A stretch of DNA of 63,988 nucleotides, filler included, from Octopus bimaculoides (GCF_001194135.2; 8 parts of 7 records of this genome joined end to end with filler, not necessarily neighbours in it); one strand, 5' to 3'; shown: positions 49,482-63,018, counted from the whole stretch's first letter. Numbers and translations: made by a program. The notes: generated by a model from the letters alone, not told the origin.

Positions 49482-49855
49482 NNNNNNNNNNNNNNNNNNN
49501 NNNNNNNNNNNNNNNNNNNNNNNNNNNNNNNNNNNNNNNNNNNNNNNNNNNNNNNNNNNNNNNNNNNNNNNNNNNNNNNNNNNNNNNNNNNNNNNNNNNN
49601 NNNNNNNNNNNNNNNNNNNNNNNNNNNNNNNNNNNNNNNNNNNNNNNNNNNNNNNNNNNNNNNNNNNNNNNNNNNNNNNNNNNNNNNNNNNNNNNNNNNN
49701 NNNNNNNNNNNNNNNNNNNNNNNNNNNNNNNNNNNNNNNNNNNNNNNNNNNNNNNNNNNNNNNNNNNNNNNNNNNNNNNNNNNNNNNNNNNNNNNNNNNN
49801 NNNNNNNNNNNNNNNNNNNNNNNNNNNNNNNNNNNNNNNNNNNNNNNNNNNNNNN

Positions 49856-49915
<60 letters not shown>

Positions 49916-50002
49916 TAAATAATGGGGGTAGAAATTGATATTAATCAATTAAAACCAGTGGCTTAGCATATTTAAAAAATCCGAAGATTAAAAATTATTA
50001 CA

Positions 50003-50499
50003 TACAAATTAAGAGGAATGACCACTAAAGTGGACTCCTAATATGCTAAATATAGATGTCAAATCGCCTTTACCACGAAGAGTGTGTTCGCAAGAAAAAT
50101 TAGCTGCTGAAATTTATTAACTTCAGAATTATTTCCGGCCTCAGCGCGCCAAAGTGAAAACATTTGAAAAATACCGCCAAATATAATTTGTAGAACTTTA
50201 TACATGCTCTCTTTCGAGTAAACGTTTTGTGTCTAGTTCTGGAAATTGTGTTTTGTAAGCAACAGATTACGCTGATGTTCTTGCAGATACTTACATACGT
50301 AAATATTAACAAGTGAAACCATGGTACGTAGGTAATCGTTTTTTATTTCGCATATTTTCATTTGTCTTGCTCACTTTTACATTTTGGCGTTTTGCTGAAA
50401 TTTTTTCTTGAGAACACACTCTTCGTGATAAAGGCGATTTGACGTCTATATTTAGCATATTAGGAGTCCAATTTAGTGGTCATTCCTCTTAATTTTGTA
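50003..50499. mobile_element. fold-back element with ~97 bp inverted arms and ~300 bp spacer (Penelope-like inversion or MITE)
   Basis: 50003-50100 is the reverse complement of 50400-50499 with about four substitutions by eye. Confidence 0.7.
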
Positions 50500-50510
50500 C
50501 ATACATATAT

Positions 50511-50657
50511 ATACAACAGGCTTCTTCCAGTTTCCGTCTACCAAATCCACTCAGAAGCCTTTGGTTGCCCCGAGGCTAGAGCGGAATTCAATTGCTCAAG
50601 GTGCTACGCTGTAGAATTGAACCTCGAACCATGTGGTCAAGAAGCAAGCTTCTTAGC
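50511..50657 (-). mobile_element. family-A 5' half
   Basis: ggcttcttccagtttccgtctaccaaatccactc..gaaccatgtgg..gcaagcttctta. Confidence 0.8.
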
Positions 50658-53600
50658 AGAGTTCAAGTTTTTTCTTGTTTTTCTTTTCTCATTGGCATCT
50701 TATGTTTCATTGGTCTATAGAAAAGGTCAATGTTTTATAATCCTTTATAATGTTTTCTAATTATTGTCTCTTCCACTACTGAAAGTCTTCTCCATTTCTG
50801 CTTGGTTCTAAAATGATGCCAAATGTTGTTTATCCCCCAGGTTAGCCCTGACAAGCAACCCTATGATCAAAAGTGATTCTGCCGCGGCCATCCCAACTTA
50901 TTATTTCTTTCAACCACCAATGCACCCAAGTTTACAATGATCCAACGTGTTCATTTTTCAGACTGTAGGTTTTACTGTTATAAAGGAGAATTGATGGCAA
51001 TTTGCATGAAACTGGTCGAACACCCACATTGAGTTTTCCTGAATAACCGTTACTGAAACGTCCTTGAAGCCTATGGAAATGCTATCAGTTAAAACATCTG
51101 TCATATAATAGTGATTGGTTGTTTATTTAAATCAAAAATGGCGTCCAAAAGCAGTTGTGACTATCGAAATGAATCAGTCGTTTCATTGTTTAATTTTATA
51201 TAGCTTTTTGTTTCCTTTTCCTTTTTTTTTATTTGATTTGTTCATTTCAATTAAATAAATGCTATTAGAAAAGTGTCGCTATGTCTGCTTGTATATATCT
51301 CATCTGCTATGCTTGCCTGATATATATCGGATATGACTGTCCGTAAAAATTACCAATGGCTGTCATATTATAGTATTGTAGTTGTGTAGTTAAATCAAAT
51401 ATTACTGACATTATATTTGGTTAGTGTAGGTTGGTTCCTTGATTGGTTTGGTTTTATCAACTATATCATCTGATATTATTTATATTATGCTTTCGAAATA
51501 GTATGGCAAGTAAGGCCGTGGGTGTATTTATTTCAAGAGCATGTTATAAATTATAAATGCCTGTTAGAGATGCCTAAGTATATAATTTGAGATCGCCATT
51601 AGAGTTTAGTTTATGTTGCGTGGATAGATCAGGTATAACTGTCACTATACATCACATTTACTTGCCAGTATGGCTTCGTTAATTCTTTCAAAACTTATAA
51701 ATTCTAACGTAGTAGACAGAACATTATCACAATATCATACGTACATACATACATGCATGCACACATACACACAAGTAAATATATATATATGTGTATATGT
51801 ATATACAAACGCACACACATAAATGTACATATGTATGTGTAAAATGTTAATGCTGCTTATATATATATTAGTTATGTCTGTCAGGATAATTCAGTCATAT
51901 TTGACATTCAAATTCAGTATTGTTTGTATAACACCCTGTCTCGTTTGTTTGTACAATTCACTCTTGTTTACTAATGTAAAATAGCACATCGTGTGATAAT
52001 ATATACCATTCAGAACTAAGATGATGGTTTAGTTAATACATTCAAGAATGATTCAATTGTTATGGCTTGGATGAATCTATAATGGCTGCCTGTTTTGTTT
52101 GGCTGATTCACGACTGCCTGTATATTTCAGTCGATATTTGATGGTATAAAACGGTTATGTCTAGTGATATAAATAGGTTACGGCTGAGTATATAAATCAG
52201 CTTTCTTTGTCAGTATTGTTTGGCAATTACTGTTCGGGTGTAATAATTATGCTTTGAGTGTACTTTCCTTAATGCAACCAGTATATTATGTAAACTGAGG
52301 GCGTCGGAGAAAATATGCTTGGAAGTTATGATTATTCATATAAATCAAGCATAGATGTTACCATAAAACGGTTATGGCTAACAATCTACGGATATATGTA
52401 AGGCGTAATTAGCTTAGATCCATTAACATCTCCAACGTGAACAGGAAAAGACTATAAAGGCAAACTCACAATAACCTTAAACATTTGCAGAAATAGCTAT
52501 CAAAACAAGCATGTTGTCGTTGAATGTTTGTCATCAATGGTGTTTAACTCTGATAATAACTGTCAATATAAGTCAGTAAAGGCTACTAACACAATTCAGT
52601 GATAGCTACGTACAGAAACATTTGATTACTAATTTAATTCCATAATATGTAATAAAATGTGATATCATGTTACAAAAGATGTTGCTGAATATCTGTCACA
52701 CATAAATCAATATCAGTTTCTTATAGCCTTCAACATAAATCAGTAATGGTTCTTAACACAAACCAGCAATAAATATTTTCAGCTGTCTTTTAATAGTTGT
52801 TAAAAATAGATAGGAATAGTCGTTCACCTAAACGTAATATAATTCCACAATGCTAAGGATATATAGTTCTTTAATTGCTATCAATGTAAACCAATGTAAA
52901 CCAGTGGTGGTTGCTTACATAAACATTATATCATTGTACAATAGATGCTACATAGATATTAATTGCTATTCAAGTCAGCTCGAAATGTCTATCTAAGCTC
53001 GCTAAAATTGATCGTTAACTATGCTAGGAAATCTCTATTTGCTTCAACAAACATAGAATAGATGTTAAGGTCAGTTTAGAAGGATTGTTAACGTCAAATT
53101 GGAATCATGCGACTATTGTTATATGTTTGTAGCAAATATTCAGTACCATTCAGCAAAATGTTTCTTTTTGCTACCGAAAAACGATTGTCTGCTGTTTGGT
53201 CTTTAATTTCCTTATGAATACTGAGATTGGCAAATTATTTTTTATGTCAACTGAAACATTCCTCTATGATTTTTAAAATTTAATCTTCTGAGTCAGGAGA
53301 ATTTTCAAGGCTTCCCAGACTGGTGAAAAGGAGGGAGGAAGGATTCTACAAATCGGAGACCTAACACCCAAGGTGCCAGGTAATAGCCTTAAACTAGGAA
53401 ACTGAGTAAGACTACCACCCACGGTAGGATTTGAACCAGAAATACAAAGAAACAGAGCAAATACTGCATGCCATCCCATTCCACTCACTAACGATTTCGC
53501 CTGTACATCATCCCTAGATAGACATTTTATAAAAGAATGAAAGGTTATGTTGACCTTGATAGGTTTTAAAATCAGCCAGCAATCATCCAGAATAAATACT

Positions 53601-54354
53601 TCAAGGCATTTCGTCCGATTCTCTAACGACTCAGCTAATACGCTGTCCATGAACGAAAGATTTGAAAGAAAACAATGAAAATTAAACAGAAATTTCCCAT
53701 CCAAGTTTCATGCATGAAGCGATATTATCCTGGCTGACGACTGGCAATTTGACTTAATTGGCGTTGTATTGTACTGGAAAATAGTTGAAACGTTGTATTA
53801 TAGTGAGAGTTAATGAATGTTAACACCATCCTAACTTACGAATTAGTGCATGAAAACTGTCTGTGATATGCCAGTTGAAATGATATGCAAGTGAGATAAA
53901 AACTCAGAGGATACTGCCGATCAGTGCACAACACTGATAGATCATGTTATAAATGTAGAAATGTGTCTCTGAGGTCTCTAAAACAGTCGACTAATCATTA
54001 ACCTTGGTTGAGTTCTATAATGATGTCAGATGAATAAAAAGGACTTGAAATAATTTATTAATCTAAAATGCAAACCCTGTCATGAAATAATTATGTTGGT
54101 GTATTCATTGTGCACTTAAATAAAGTATCAACAAAGTTTCAGATTTACAAAGATACAGAAATAAGTACAGTGTAGTATATGTGTCTTTCTTAATAGCATT
54201 AGGAGTTCAAAGCAATAGGGAAGCTAGATCACGCTTGCAGATCACCGACGACCCTTTGCTACCTTAGATATTATAATTTGAATAGTGATTACATAAATGA
54301 ACAGTTTTGCGAATGCAAAAATTAATATATATATGTATTAGCGACAAAGCAGTA

Positions 54355-54573
54355 TTAATATCCTTTTTACTATAGACGCAAGGCCTGAAATTTGGAAGAG
54401 GGGACTAGTCGATTACATCGACCCAGTGTGTCACTGTTACTTAATTTATCGATCTGAAAGGATGAGAGGAAAAGTCGACCTCGGCAGAATTTGAACTCAG
54501 AACGTAGCGACGGGCGAAACACCGCTAAAGATCTTTGTCCGGCGTGCTAACGATTCTGCTAACACGCTGCCAT
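54355..54573 (-). mobile_element. family-D SINE
   Basis: Collinear with 46661-46880. Confidence 0.85.
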
Positions 54574-54726
54574 AGAAGAATCATTAATATTGAGAGGTAA
54601 TATTTATCTCCACTTAAACGCGAACAAACTATAACAAACTACACTGCGGTAGGTACCAGGAGCGAAACAATAATACATTTTGCACCAAAAGCCAATATGA
54701 GAGTTTCTCTCATGGCACCTACTGCA

Positions 54727-55110
54727 GTTGTTGGGACTCTGTAGCTTACGACGTCGAGGGTTCCAGTTGATCCGATCAACGGAACAGCCTGCTCATGAAA
54801 TTAACGTGCAAGTGGCTGAGCGCTCCACAGACACGTGTACCCTTAACGTAGTTCTCGGGGATATTCAGCATGACACAGTGTGACAAGGCTGAACCCTTTG
54901 AATTACAGGCACAACAGAAACAGGAAGTAAGAGTGAGAGAAAGTTGTGGTGAAAGAGTACAGCAGGGTTCGCCACCATTCCCTGCCGGAACCTCGTGGAG
55001 CTTTATGTGTTTTCGCTCAATAAACACTCACAACGCCCGGTCTGGGAATCGAAACCGCGATCCTATGACCGCGGGTCCGCTGCCCTAACCACTGGGCCAT
55101 TGTGCCTCCA
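54727..55110 (-). mobile_element. family-C tRNA-derived SINE, full length
   Basis: Reverse complement of 26095-26475. Confidence 0.9.
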
Positions 55111-55670
55111 CACCTACTCCAGTATTGTTTGATCTAACAGAACATTCACGTTTAAGTGGGTATAAATAACACCTTAAAGAGTAGTCTATATTTGCAAAGG
55201 ACTGAACACTTGATGCGTGTTACCAAACCATGATGTTAAGACTATTCCATATTCAGAGACTTTCTCCTTTTAATAGTATTTTTTCTTCGTTTAATATCAT
55301 GAAGAAAAGAACTATTTCAATAAACGCTAAACAGTCTGTCAGATACAAACTGGCAAATATATTTGCTACATATAGGTAGCTCGATGAAAACATCAAGTCT
55401 CACTACATTAGAGGATGTGTGATCTGACAGTTGGCTGACGGATTAAGTGAAAGTGGACATGAGGGACAAACAGTTTGATAAATAGAAATCTGAAAGATGA
55501 CAGGTATATCGATAGAGAAGATGAAAGGTGCAAGATTTCGTTGGCAATCTTAGAAAAATATGGATGCAAAAACGTAACAAAACTAACAGAGAAACTAATA
55601 GAGGCCAGCCGAAAAGTAGAGATAGGAAATGACGAGAGAGAAGGAGAGCTGCTTTTCTATGATAAAGGAC

Positions 55671-55728
<58 letters not shown>

Positions 55729-55842
55729 TAACACAATCGTTTTCACACAGAGACAGTGCGTTACACACACACATATATTTGTACATTTCCATGCGCGTGT
55801 GTATACGTATGTATGAACGAATGTATGTATTTATGTGTATAT

Positions 55843-55886
<44 letters not shown>

Positions 55887-55931
55887 GTGTGTGTACATAT
55901 ATATGTGTGTATATATATATGTGTGTGTATA

Positions 55932-55976
<45 letters not shown>

Positions 55977-56940
55977 CCAATAAAGAATTCCACATGCGAA
56001 ATAGATTTAAATATTTACTTGAAAAGTAAATATTTATATAAAAGTATAATTACTGATGCGAAGTATATTGACCGAAGGTCACTTCACCACCTCTGGTTCG
56101 GCCAAATGGTTAATATGTTAAGGCTTTGGAACTAATGATGCCGGAAATTCGCTGTTGCCTTCGTATTTTTACCCCTGGGATTGTTGGTTTTCTGTTAAAA
56201 TTTGAAATCATTATTTGGGCAGTGGGTTGGCAGAGTTGTGAGTGTGTTGTTTTGACAATTTTTATGTTTTGATTATATTTTCTTTTGAAGTGGAGGTATC
56301 GATATTCAGGAGAATAATTTCTTGTGAGCTGAGTTTATGCTGTTAGAATAAGAAATTTGCCTTACCGTTTAGACAGCAACATTTTTACCTTTATATAGAT
56401 TGATAAGCTTCCCTGTATTGTAGTTGCTTTTCAACGTGAAGGCAAAGAATATAGTACAAGACACCAGAATGAACAATTCCCACATCAACACGAAACAACG
56501 TACTAACAAATCACATAAGGTGCTTCAAAGAAGTATAAAAATTTCAATGTGAACATGAGAGGTGCAAACATCATAATTCAAATTGTTATATCAGAATCAC
56601 TTTCTCGTAGGTTGACCATGTATTATATAACCAAGAGCCATCGAAACGTAAAATAATTCACCACTCAAAATAATATCGGATAGAAACTCTCTAGTTGACA
56701 CAACAACAATTTTACATTGAGTTCCAGAATAAAGGTTAGAAAAATATTTCTCGAAACATTATCATTACTGACAGCATCTTATTTCTTATTGGCTATCCAT
56801 AATTCTTTTGTTATGACAAATATTTATAAATTGTAGATAAACAAGTTAGCGGACAGTCATACTTTCGATTGCTCATAATTTTGTCTTTTTAGAGAAGACA
56901 TGTATCTCCAGTTATGAATTAATGACAGATACTATACTTA

Positions 56941-56990
56941 CAGGGCCGGATTAAGACCCAAAGAAGCCTAGCTACTAAAAGATTTTGTTG
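56941..56990. mobile_element. possible hAT-type terminus fragment
   Basis: cagggccggattaag resembles hAT-MITE ends; no partner end seen. Confidence 0.3.
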
Positions 56991-57016
56991 CCTTCATGTA
57001 TACTCTCTTCACAAAT

Positions 57017-57212
57017 TTACTTTTTTCAGTCATTTGACTGCGGCCATGCTGGAGCACCGCCTTTAGTCGAGCAAATCGACCCCAGGACTTATTCTTTGTC
57101 AACCTAGTACGTATTCTATCGGTCTCTTTTGCCGAACCGCTAAGTTACGGGGGCGTAAACACACCAGCATTGGTTGTCAAGCGATGTTGGGGGGACAAAC
57201 ACAGACACACAA

Positions 57213-57265
<53 letters not shown>

Positions 57266-57420
57266 CGGCGGTCTTCTTTCAGTTTCCGTCCACCAAATCC
57301 ACTCACAAAGCTTTGGTCGGCCCGAGGCTATAGTAGAAGACACTTGCCCAAAGTGCCACTCAGCGGGACTGAACCCGGAATCATGTGGTTGGTAAGCAAG
57401 CTACTTACCACACAGCCATG
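57017..57420 (-). mobile_element. family-A SINE, full length and young
   Basis: Near-identical to the reverse complement of 35555-35960. Confidence 0.92.
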
Positions 57421-58468
57421 CAATTCAAAATATAAACAATAACAAAACTATAAAATAAATTATTTTTCAAAATGAAACCAAACTAACAGTAAGATGGAAA
57501 ACAATGTGTTTATTTTTGTATACCATCACTTCTTTCGAAGGATTTTCTCCTTTTTTTAATTGCAAATTCTTTGATCAGATCCTCAAAATAAATCTTACGG
57601 AATACATTTGCAGCTATACTTAATTGAGATAAGGCATCCAGTTATTATTTTAGCGAGTTTAAAGTGATTTCATTTCTGCCGAAAATTATTTCTCATTTCT
57701 GTGGTGCACCGCTTCCCATGATGCCCTAATCAAGTGCTTATTTTGCTTAATGCTTAATCCAGCGTTGTATACATAGTATTTTTTTATCATTTTATTTATA
57801 TTGATTTTTCGTAACCACAAGTTTTGAATATGATCTAGACCTGTTTGTAGATTGTAGTGGATGTCCTACGCAACCCTTTTCGACTGAAATGTAGAGACCT
57901 ATTTGTAGCATTATATTTTCGAAACCTTTTCTTCCCGATGAATCTCTAACGACAGGTTCGATTTCACTATTTGAAGGTAACTCTGCAAACACACTCTAAT
58001 GCCTGTTGTTTTGCAGCTGTTTGCTTTTCTCGTAGAAGAGTTCGTTCGGCGAATTACTGATAATTCACAGTGAACAGAGTCGGAAACAATGAAAATTTTT
58101 GTCAGTTGTTTTAATCTGATTAATGCATCAACTTTTTCTGTCAGATTTAACAATCTTAGATATTTTATTTTCTTTCTATTGAAAATTTTATAATTTGTAA
58201 TCTAACTTCCTGCTTAATACGTTTCGTTTCTACTTTTCTAAAGTCTCTTCCAAAATTACTGCATCTAAAACGTTTTATGTGCTCATTAAATGCAGTGATT
58301 TCCAGATGCTGTCACTACTATTCGTGCATAGAAGGGGTTTGTGTGGTTTTATCGAGGCTTTTCGTGAGCCGTAAATTCATCATAGAGTTACCGAGCCCTG
58401 AGAAAAGTCCATCTATAATTATTTACCGAGTAAACATATATTAGCAACAAAGGCAGTAATAATACCGC

Positions 58469-58573
58469 GAGGTAATATTTATCCCCACTTACTGCAGTAG
58501 TTTCTCTTATGGTAACTACCGCAGTAAAGTTTGTTTTAATAAAACATCCAAGTGGGAGGGCAAATATTACCTC
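58469..58573. mobile_element. ~105 bp MITE-like element with gaggtaatattt..ccactt termini
   Basis: gaggtaatatttatccccactt versus aagtgggagggcaaatattacctc; the same left end recurs at ~54593-54615. Confidence 0.55.
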
Positions 58574-59057
58574 TCTGTTTAGCTCGTATCCTTTCATCCA
58601 ACGATGGTATTTCTTGATTGCTGTGAATCTCAGCTGAGACGAGTGAAAGCTGTTTCAGGCCGGCCTTGTACAAGATGACACGTATGTCATTAACTTATTC
58701 AGCTGCTTTACGTAGTACTGAGTCTATAAGATAATATGGTATGGCCTTTGGTCTGCGTTTTTATCTTTTACGTGTAAAACAGATATCGGGTTTCAGGCAT
58801 TCCAGTTTGAGTTAGGGGATCCCTGTATGGGAATTGCTAAATGCCTTCAATGATTGGAGCTATTTAGACATTAGGGACGTATTACTGATCTCACTCATTT
58901 GTAACCTATTGTCTTTCCTGTGCACCATCAACGTAGGATTCTATGACCTCACTCACTTATTCTGGGTATAGTTCGGGTGGTCCCTGTCTTTCGTTTTAGT
59001 GGGTGGCGTACGAGATTAGATGTGTTTTTGCAGACAATTAATTTAATATACATACAT

Positions 59058-59095
<38 letters not shown>

Positions 59096-59195
59096 NNNNN
59101 NNNNNNNNNNNNNNNNNNNNNNNNNNNNNNNNNNNNNNNTTAATTAATTAANNNNNNNNNNNNNNNNNNNNNNNNNNNNNNNNNNNNNNNNNNNN
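59096..59195. other. artificial scaffold join
   Basis: 44N-TTAATTAATTAA-44N. Confidence 0.95.
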
Positions 59196-60123
59196 ACTTC
59201 GTAAAGTCTAACGTATCTATGTTCGTTTTGTTACGCTCGAGAGTACAATGGATTTAGTACCAATTTTGGGAGGAATTTAGCATTTATAAAGGAAATACAA
59301 CTGTATTTGTCGGCAAAACGAACTCGCTTTCCCTCCTTTTTTTATCCACGATAAACATGTCTCACCAGAATTGCACGTGGTCGTATATGTTATATTACAG
59401 AATACGTAGCTACACGGAGGATAGAACCAAACACGCACACATGTAGAATCCGGGGGAACTATCTGTGATCTATATTCTGTTAACTTCGATAAAATAGAGC
59501 ACCAATCCAGTATGATAACTTGGCGGTATTGTTTGAGCGTTGGGCAATATATTTCGCGGTATTTCCCCTCACGGTGTTCTGTGTACCTCGGTAGGTTTGG
59601 TTAAGTTGCCTGCATCTAACCTTTCTTACCCGATTTTTATTGAAATACACGGCCTTTGTGACAATTAAATTGGAAAATTGGAAAAATTTATATAAATAAC
59701 TTTATCATGACTAAGCTGATGTTCCGTACATAAATTAACAATGAAATTTTAATGGAAGGCTAATTTAGATCTCATTAAAACAAGAAGTTTGCATCATAGG
59801 ATCAGCGACGTTCTCAGGCACGTTGGTATTAAAAGGGTTTAATCTTTAAAAGAAGTTAACAGAAAATCATCTTCGCATTCTTCTATGAAAGTTCCAAAAC
59901 AGGCAGCGCAATGCAAGTGTAAAGGATATCACTGAAAGTCGTTCGAAACCCAATGGGGCAAAAAGAACAAGAAAAACATTAAAAAAAAAAAATTGCATTT
60001 GTCTGATTAAGGCCCGTTCTTATTCAGAACACCAATAATTAAAGCTATTCTCGCTTTATGACAATCTCTTCTTTATTGTCTTTTTCGGATATAAGGACTA
60101 CGTGTCTAATGATTCATCTCATA

Positions 60124-60154
<31 letters not shown>

Positions 60155-60334
60155 GAAACAGTATAATTTGCAGGAGCTTTGACTACTACTTCTAGCAATT
60201 CGTGGGAACATTCCACGGTCTCACCGTTGGCTCATGAAATGCTGAGGTATAATAAATTATTGATGAAACCATAGTGCCGTGCCCGTTCGATATTCGGCGG
60301 CAGTTGTTTAAAGATTTTTTTTTTTTTTTTTTTT

Positions 60335-60434
60335 NNNNNNNNNNNNNNNNNNNNNNNNNNNNNNNNNNNNNNNNNNNNTTAATTAATTAANNNNNNNNNN
60401 NNNNNNNNNNNNNNNNNNNNNNNNNNNNNNNNNN
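60335..60434. other. artificial scaffold join
   Basis: 44N-TTAATTAATTAA-44N. Confidence 0.95.
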
Positions 60435-60474
<40 letters not shown>

Positions 60475-60500
60475 GTAACAAATGAGTAATACGTGTCAAT

Positions 60501-60586
60501 TCATTACGGCCGTTTCGAGCGGCTCCTTTAATTAATCAATGAAAGTATTATTTCGTTACAAAGAAAACCGTTTTCATCAGATGACC
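60501..60586 (-). ncRNA. type I hammerhead-like motif with long, partly decayed stem II
   Basis: Minus strand g-tcat-CTGATGA-aaacgg..(loop)..ccgctc-GAAA-cggccgt-a-atga: stem I tcat/atga, palindromic stem III acggccgt, GUA site. Stem II has two mismatches. Confidence 0.5.
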
Positions 60587-60797
60587 GCTTAGATCTCAAA
60601 CATAAAGGACAAATTAGATAATTAAATATATTTGTATCGACAATAGAGAGCAAATATTTACTATGATTCCGCTGCTAAATGTTATGACAGAATCATTTGT
60701 TTGTGCGTGCAAATAATTTTGTCCTATCAAGGTGCCTTAATTTACGTAACTAATTCAACTGAATCTAAATAACATATATTATATATTCTTTTATTAT

Positions 60798-61184
60798 TTT
60801 ATTTGTTTCAGTAATTTGACTGCGGCCATGCTGGAGCACGGCGTTTTATTTGAACAAATCGACCCCAGGACTTATTCTTTGTAAGCCTATCGGTCACTTT
60901 GTCAGGACCGTTAAGTTCCGGGGATGTTACTACACCAATATTGGTTGTCAAGTGATAGTAGGGGGACAAACAGATATGCAAACACACACACACGCACATA
61001 TCTATATATATATACATACGACGGGCTTCTTTCAGTTTCCGTCTACCAGAACCACTATCGGGGCCTTAGTCGGCCCGTGGCTATAGTGGAAGACATATTA
61101 GCCCAAGGCGCCACGCTTTGGGACTGAACCCGGAACCATGTGGTTGATAAGCAAACTATTTATCACAGAGCCACTCCTTCGCCT
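60798..61184 (-). mobile_element. family-A SINE, full length and older
   Basis: Collinear with 57017-57420. Confidence 0.88.
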
Positions 61185-61207
61185 ATATATATATATATAT
61201 ATATATA

Positions 61208-61244
<37 letters not shown>

Positions 61245-61474
61245 TAATGGACACATCCCTCATGGGATGGCATGACATTGAAGTCTAGAATTGATGTTGT
61301 ATGGTATTTGATATACCTGCATTTGTCTATGTTCTTCATATACGTACCACTTTCCAAATTATTCTGTTGGGCCCATTTTTGTTCACATTATGCATGTAAA
61401 CTAGCCCATAATAATGTTCTACGTAGTTATGGATTGCTAAATCCATGATTGAAAGCTACAACCACAAGCTTTTT

Positions 61475-61546
<72 letters not shown>

Positions 61547-61563
61547 TTATTTCATCGTGTTCC

Positions 61564-61597
61564 TTTCTGATGAAGAGCGTTGGCTCGAAACGTAAAA
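61564..61597 (+). ncRNA. minimal type I hammerhead ribozyme (Penelope-associated type), intact core
   Basis: ttt-CTGATGA-a-gagc-gttg-gctc-GAAA-cgt-a-aaa: complete core, 4-bp stem II with tetraloop, palindromic ACGU stem III, GUA cleavage triplet, 3-bp stem I. Confidence 0.7.
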
Positions 61598-62791
61598 CAC
61601 TTTCTCACCTTCCCGAGCGTCAAATTGCTTGTTGTTTATACACAAGATAAGGTTGGATAATTATCGTGCTGATAATGGCCCTTGAGCAAGAAACACATCC
61701 ATTTGCTTAATAACATCTTAGTTCTGAAGATTATTTGAATCTTGAGGTTATCTCTCTTTCTTTTAGATGAAGTTTTTTCTTATTTCCCAGTGGGTAATTT
61801 TGATTTGCTCTAGGGGCGAAGGCAATTTTCATAATCAGGGATTTACGCTCGCTCTAAGCTATTAGATGAATGTGAGTGAGCGTGTATATGTGTGTATGAT
61901 GTGAAACCTGACAACAATATATTTACTTATTGTATAAGAAAGTATCCTGCATGTAAAATCAAATATTCCGTGTGTTAATCATTTCTCGTCATCTTAAAAG
62001 TACATAGCCTATTTTATGATAACGAGGATTATTATTTCATAGTGGCTAGCTTGAATTTAAAGATACTTAACTTTCTGCTGACCTACACTGAGACAAGCAG
62101 AAAGTTACTCGATCGAGACGGTCTCCAAATTGCAATGAGGTCCCACTAAAACATCTTATAACAAAGTAGGACATATTGAATAATGCTGACAAACACGCAT
62201 CAGAAAAGTGAGGTAGGTTAGCACCGAATGGAACATTTTGCTAATTACTGCGCTGAATCAAATCTAGCCTAACAACGAACAACTATAACAATAATCGGAA
62301 GCGCGGGAGAAGAAACGAACGTGTTTGCTGTTAATGGATTCTTTCCTCTTTTCGTGAAACTGTGTTCATCTGCTGCCAAATGTTCCTGTGAGAAGAATAA
62401 TTTTGAAATCAAGGCACTTATTCTGTAAGGCAAACTTCCCTGTCATTCTTCAAAATTCGATTCAATTCTGAACATAGATACCGCTATATTCCTGGTCAAC
62501 CCACGAACATTAGCTTCGCTATTAGACTTTCTGTAGATCAGTAGTTTACGTAGGTTGGCAATGAATATTGAATTCGGTGAATTTTATGTCAGTTTATTAG
62601 AGCAACAATCTCTCGAAAAATATTTGGAATAAATTCAAGAAATTCGGGAAGAAATAAAGTATTAGCTAAGCAGTAAAATATATTAAAGATAGCCTCGAGA
62701 TAAGTTTAACATAGTCTTCTTTAGGCTTTGGGGGAAAATATTTTCAAATACATATGGTGCCCACTTGATGGCCATCAATACAACTTTAGTC

Positions 62792-62887
62792 CTTCTTCTT
62801 CTTCTTCTTCTTCTTCTTCTTCTTCTTCTTCTTCTTCTTCTTCTTCTTCTTCTTCTTCTTCTTCTTCTTCTTCTTCTTCTTCTTCTT
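62792..62887. repeat. (CTT)n microsatellite
   Basis: Direct reading; source of the poly-S ORF. Confidence 0.95.
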
Positions 62888-62987
62888 NNNNNNNNNNNNN
62901 NNNNNNNNNNNNNNNNNNNNNNNNNNNNNNNTTAATTAATTAANNNNNNNNNNNNNNNNNNNNNNNNNNNNNNNNNNNNNNNNNNNN
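62888..62987. other. artificial scaffold join
   Basis: 44N-TTAATTAATTAA-44N. Confidence 0.95.

Positions 62988-63018
<31 letters not shown>

Noticed and set aside
4153-49948. Long ORFs of 120-390 aa in the supplied track (e.g. 4153-4860, 8673-9500, 10227-11419, 19954-21069, 38638-39805, 48634-49948)
   Set aside because: They are open only because they cross N-gaps or dinucleotide runs (poly-X, YI, VC, HT). Not genes.
51133-51146. YY1-like motif caaaaatggcgtcc or possible start codon
   Set aside because: A single short motif, the ORF closes after about 20 codons, and there is no CpG island or other promoter evidence.
53297-53379. Possible 83-nt plus-strand exon (RIFKASQTGEKEGGRILQIGDLTPKVP)
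   Set aside because: Weak polypyrimidine tract, no partner exons, peptide not recognised.
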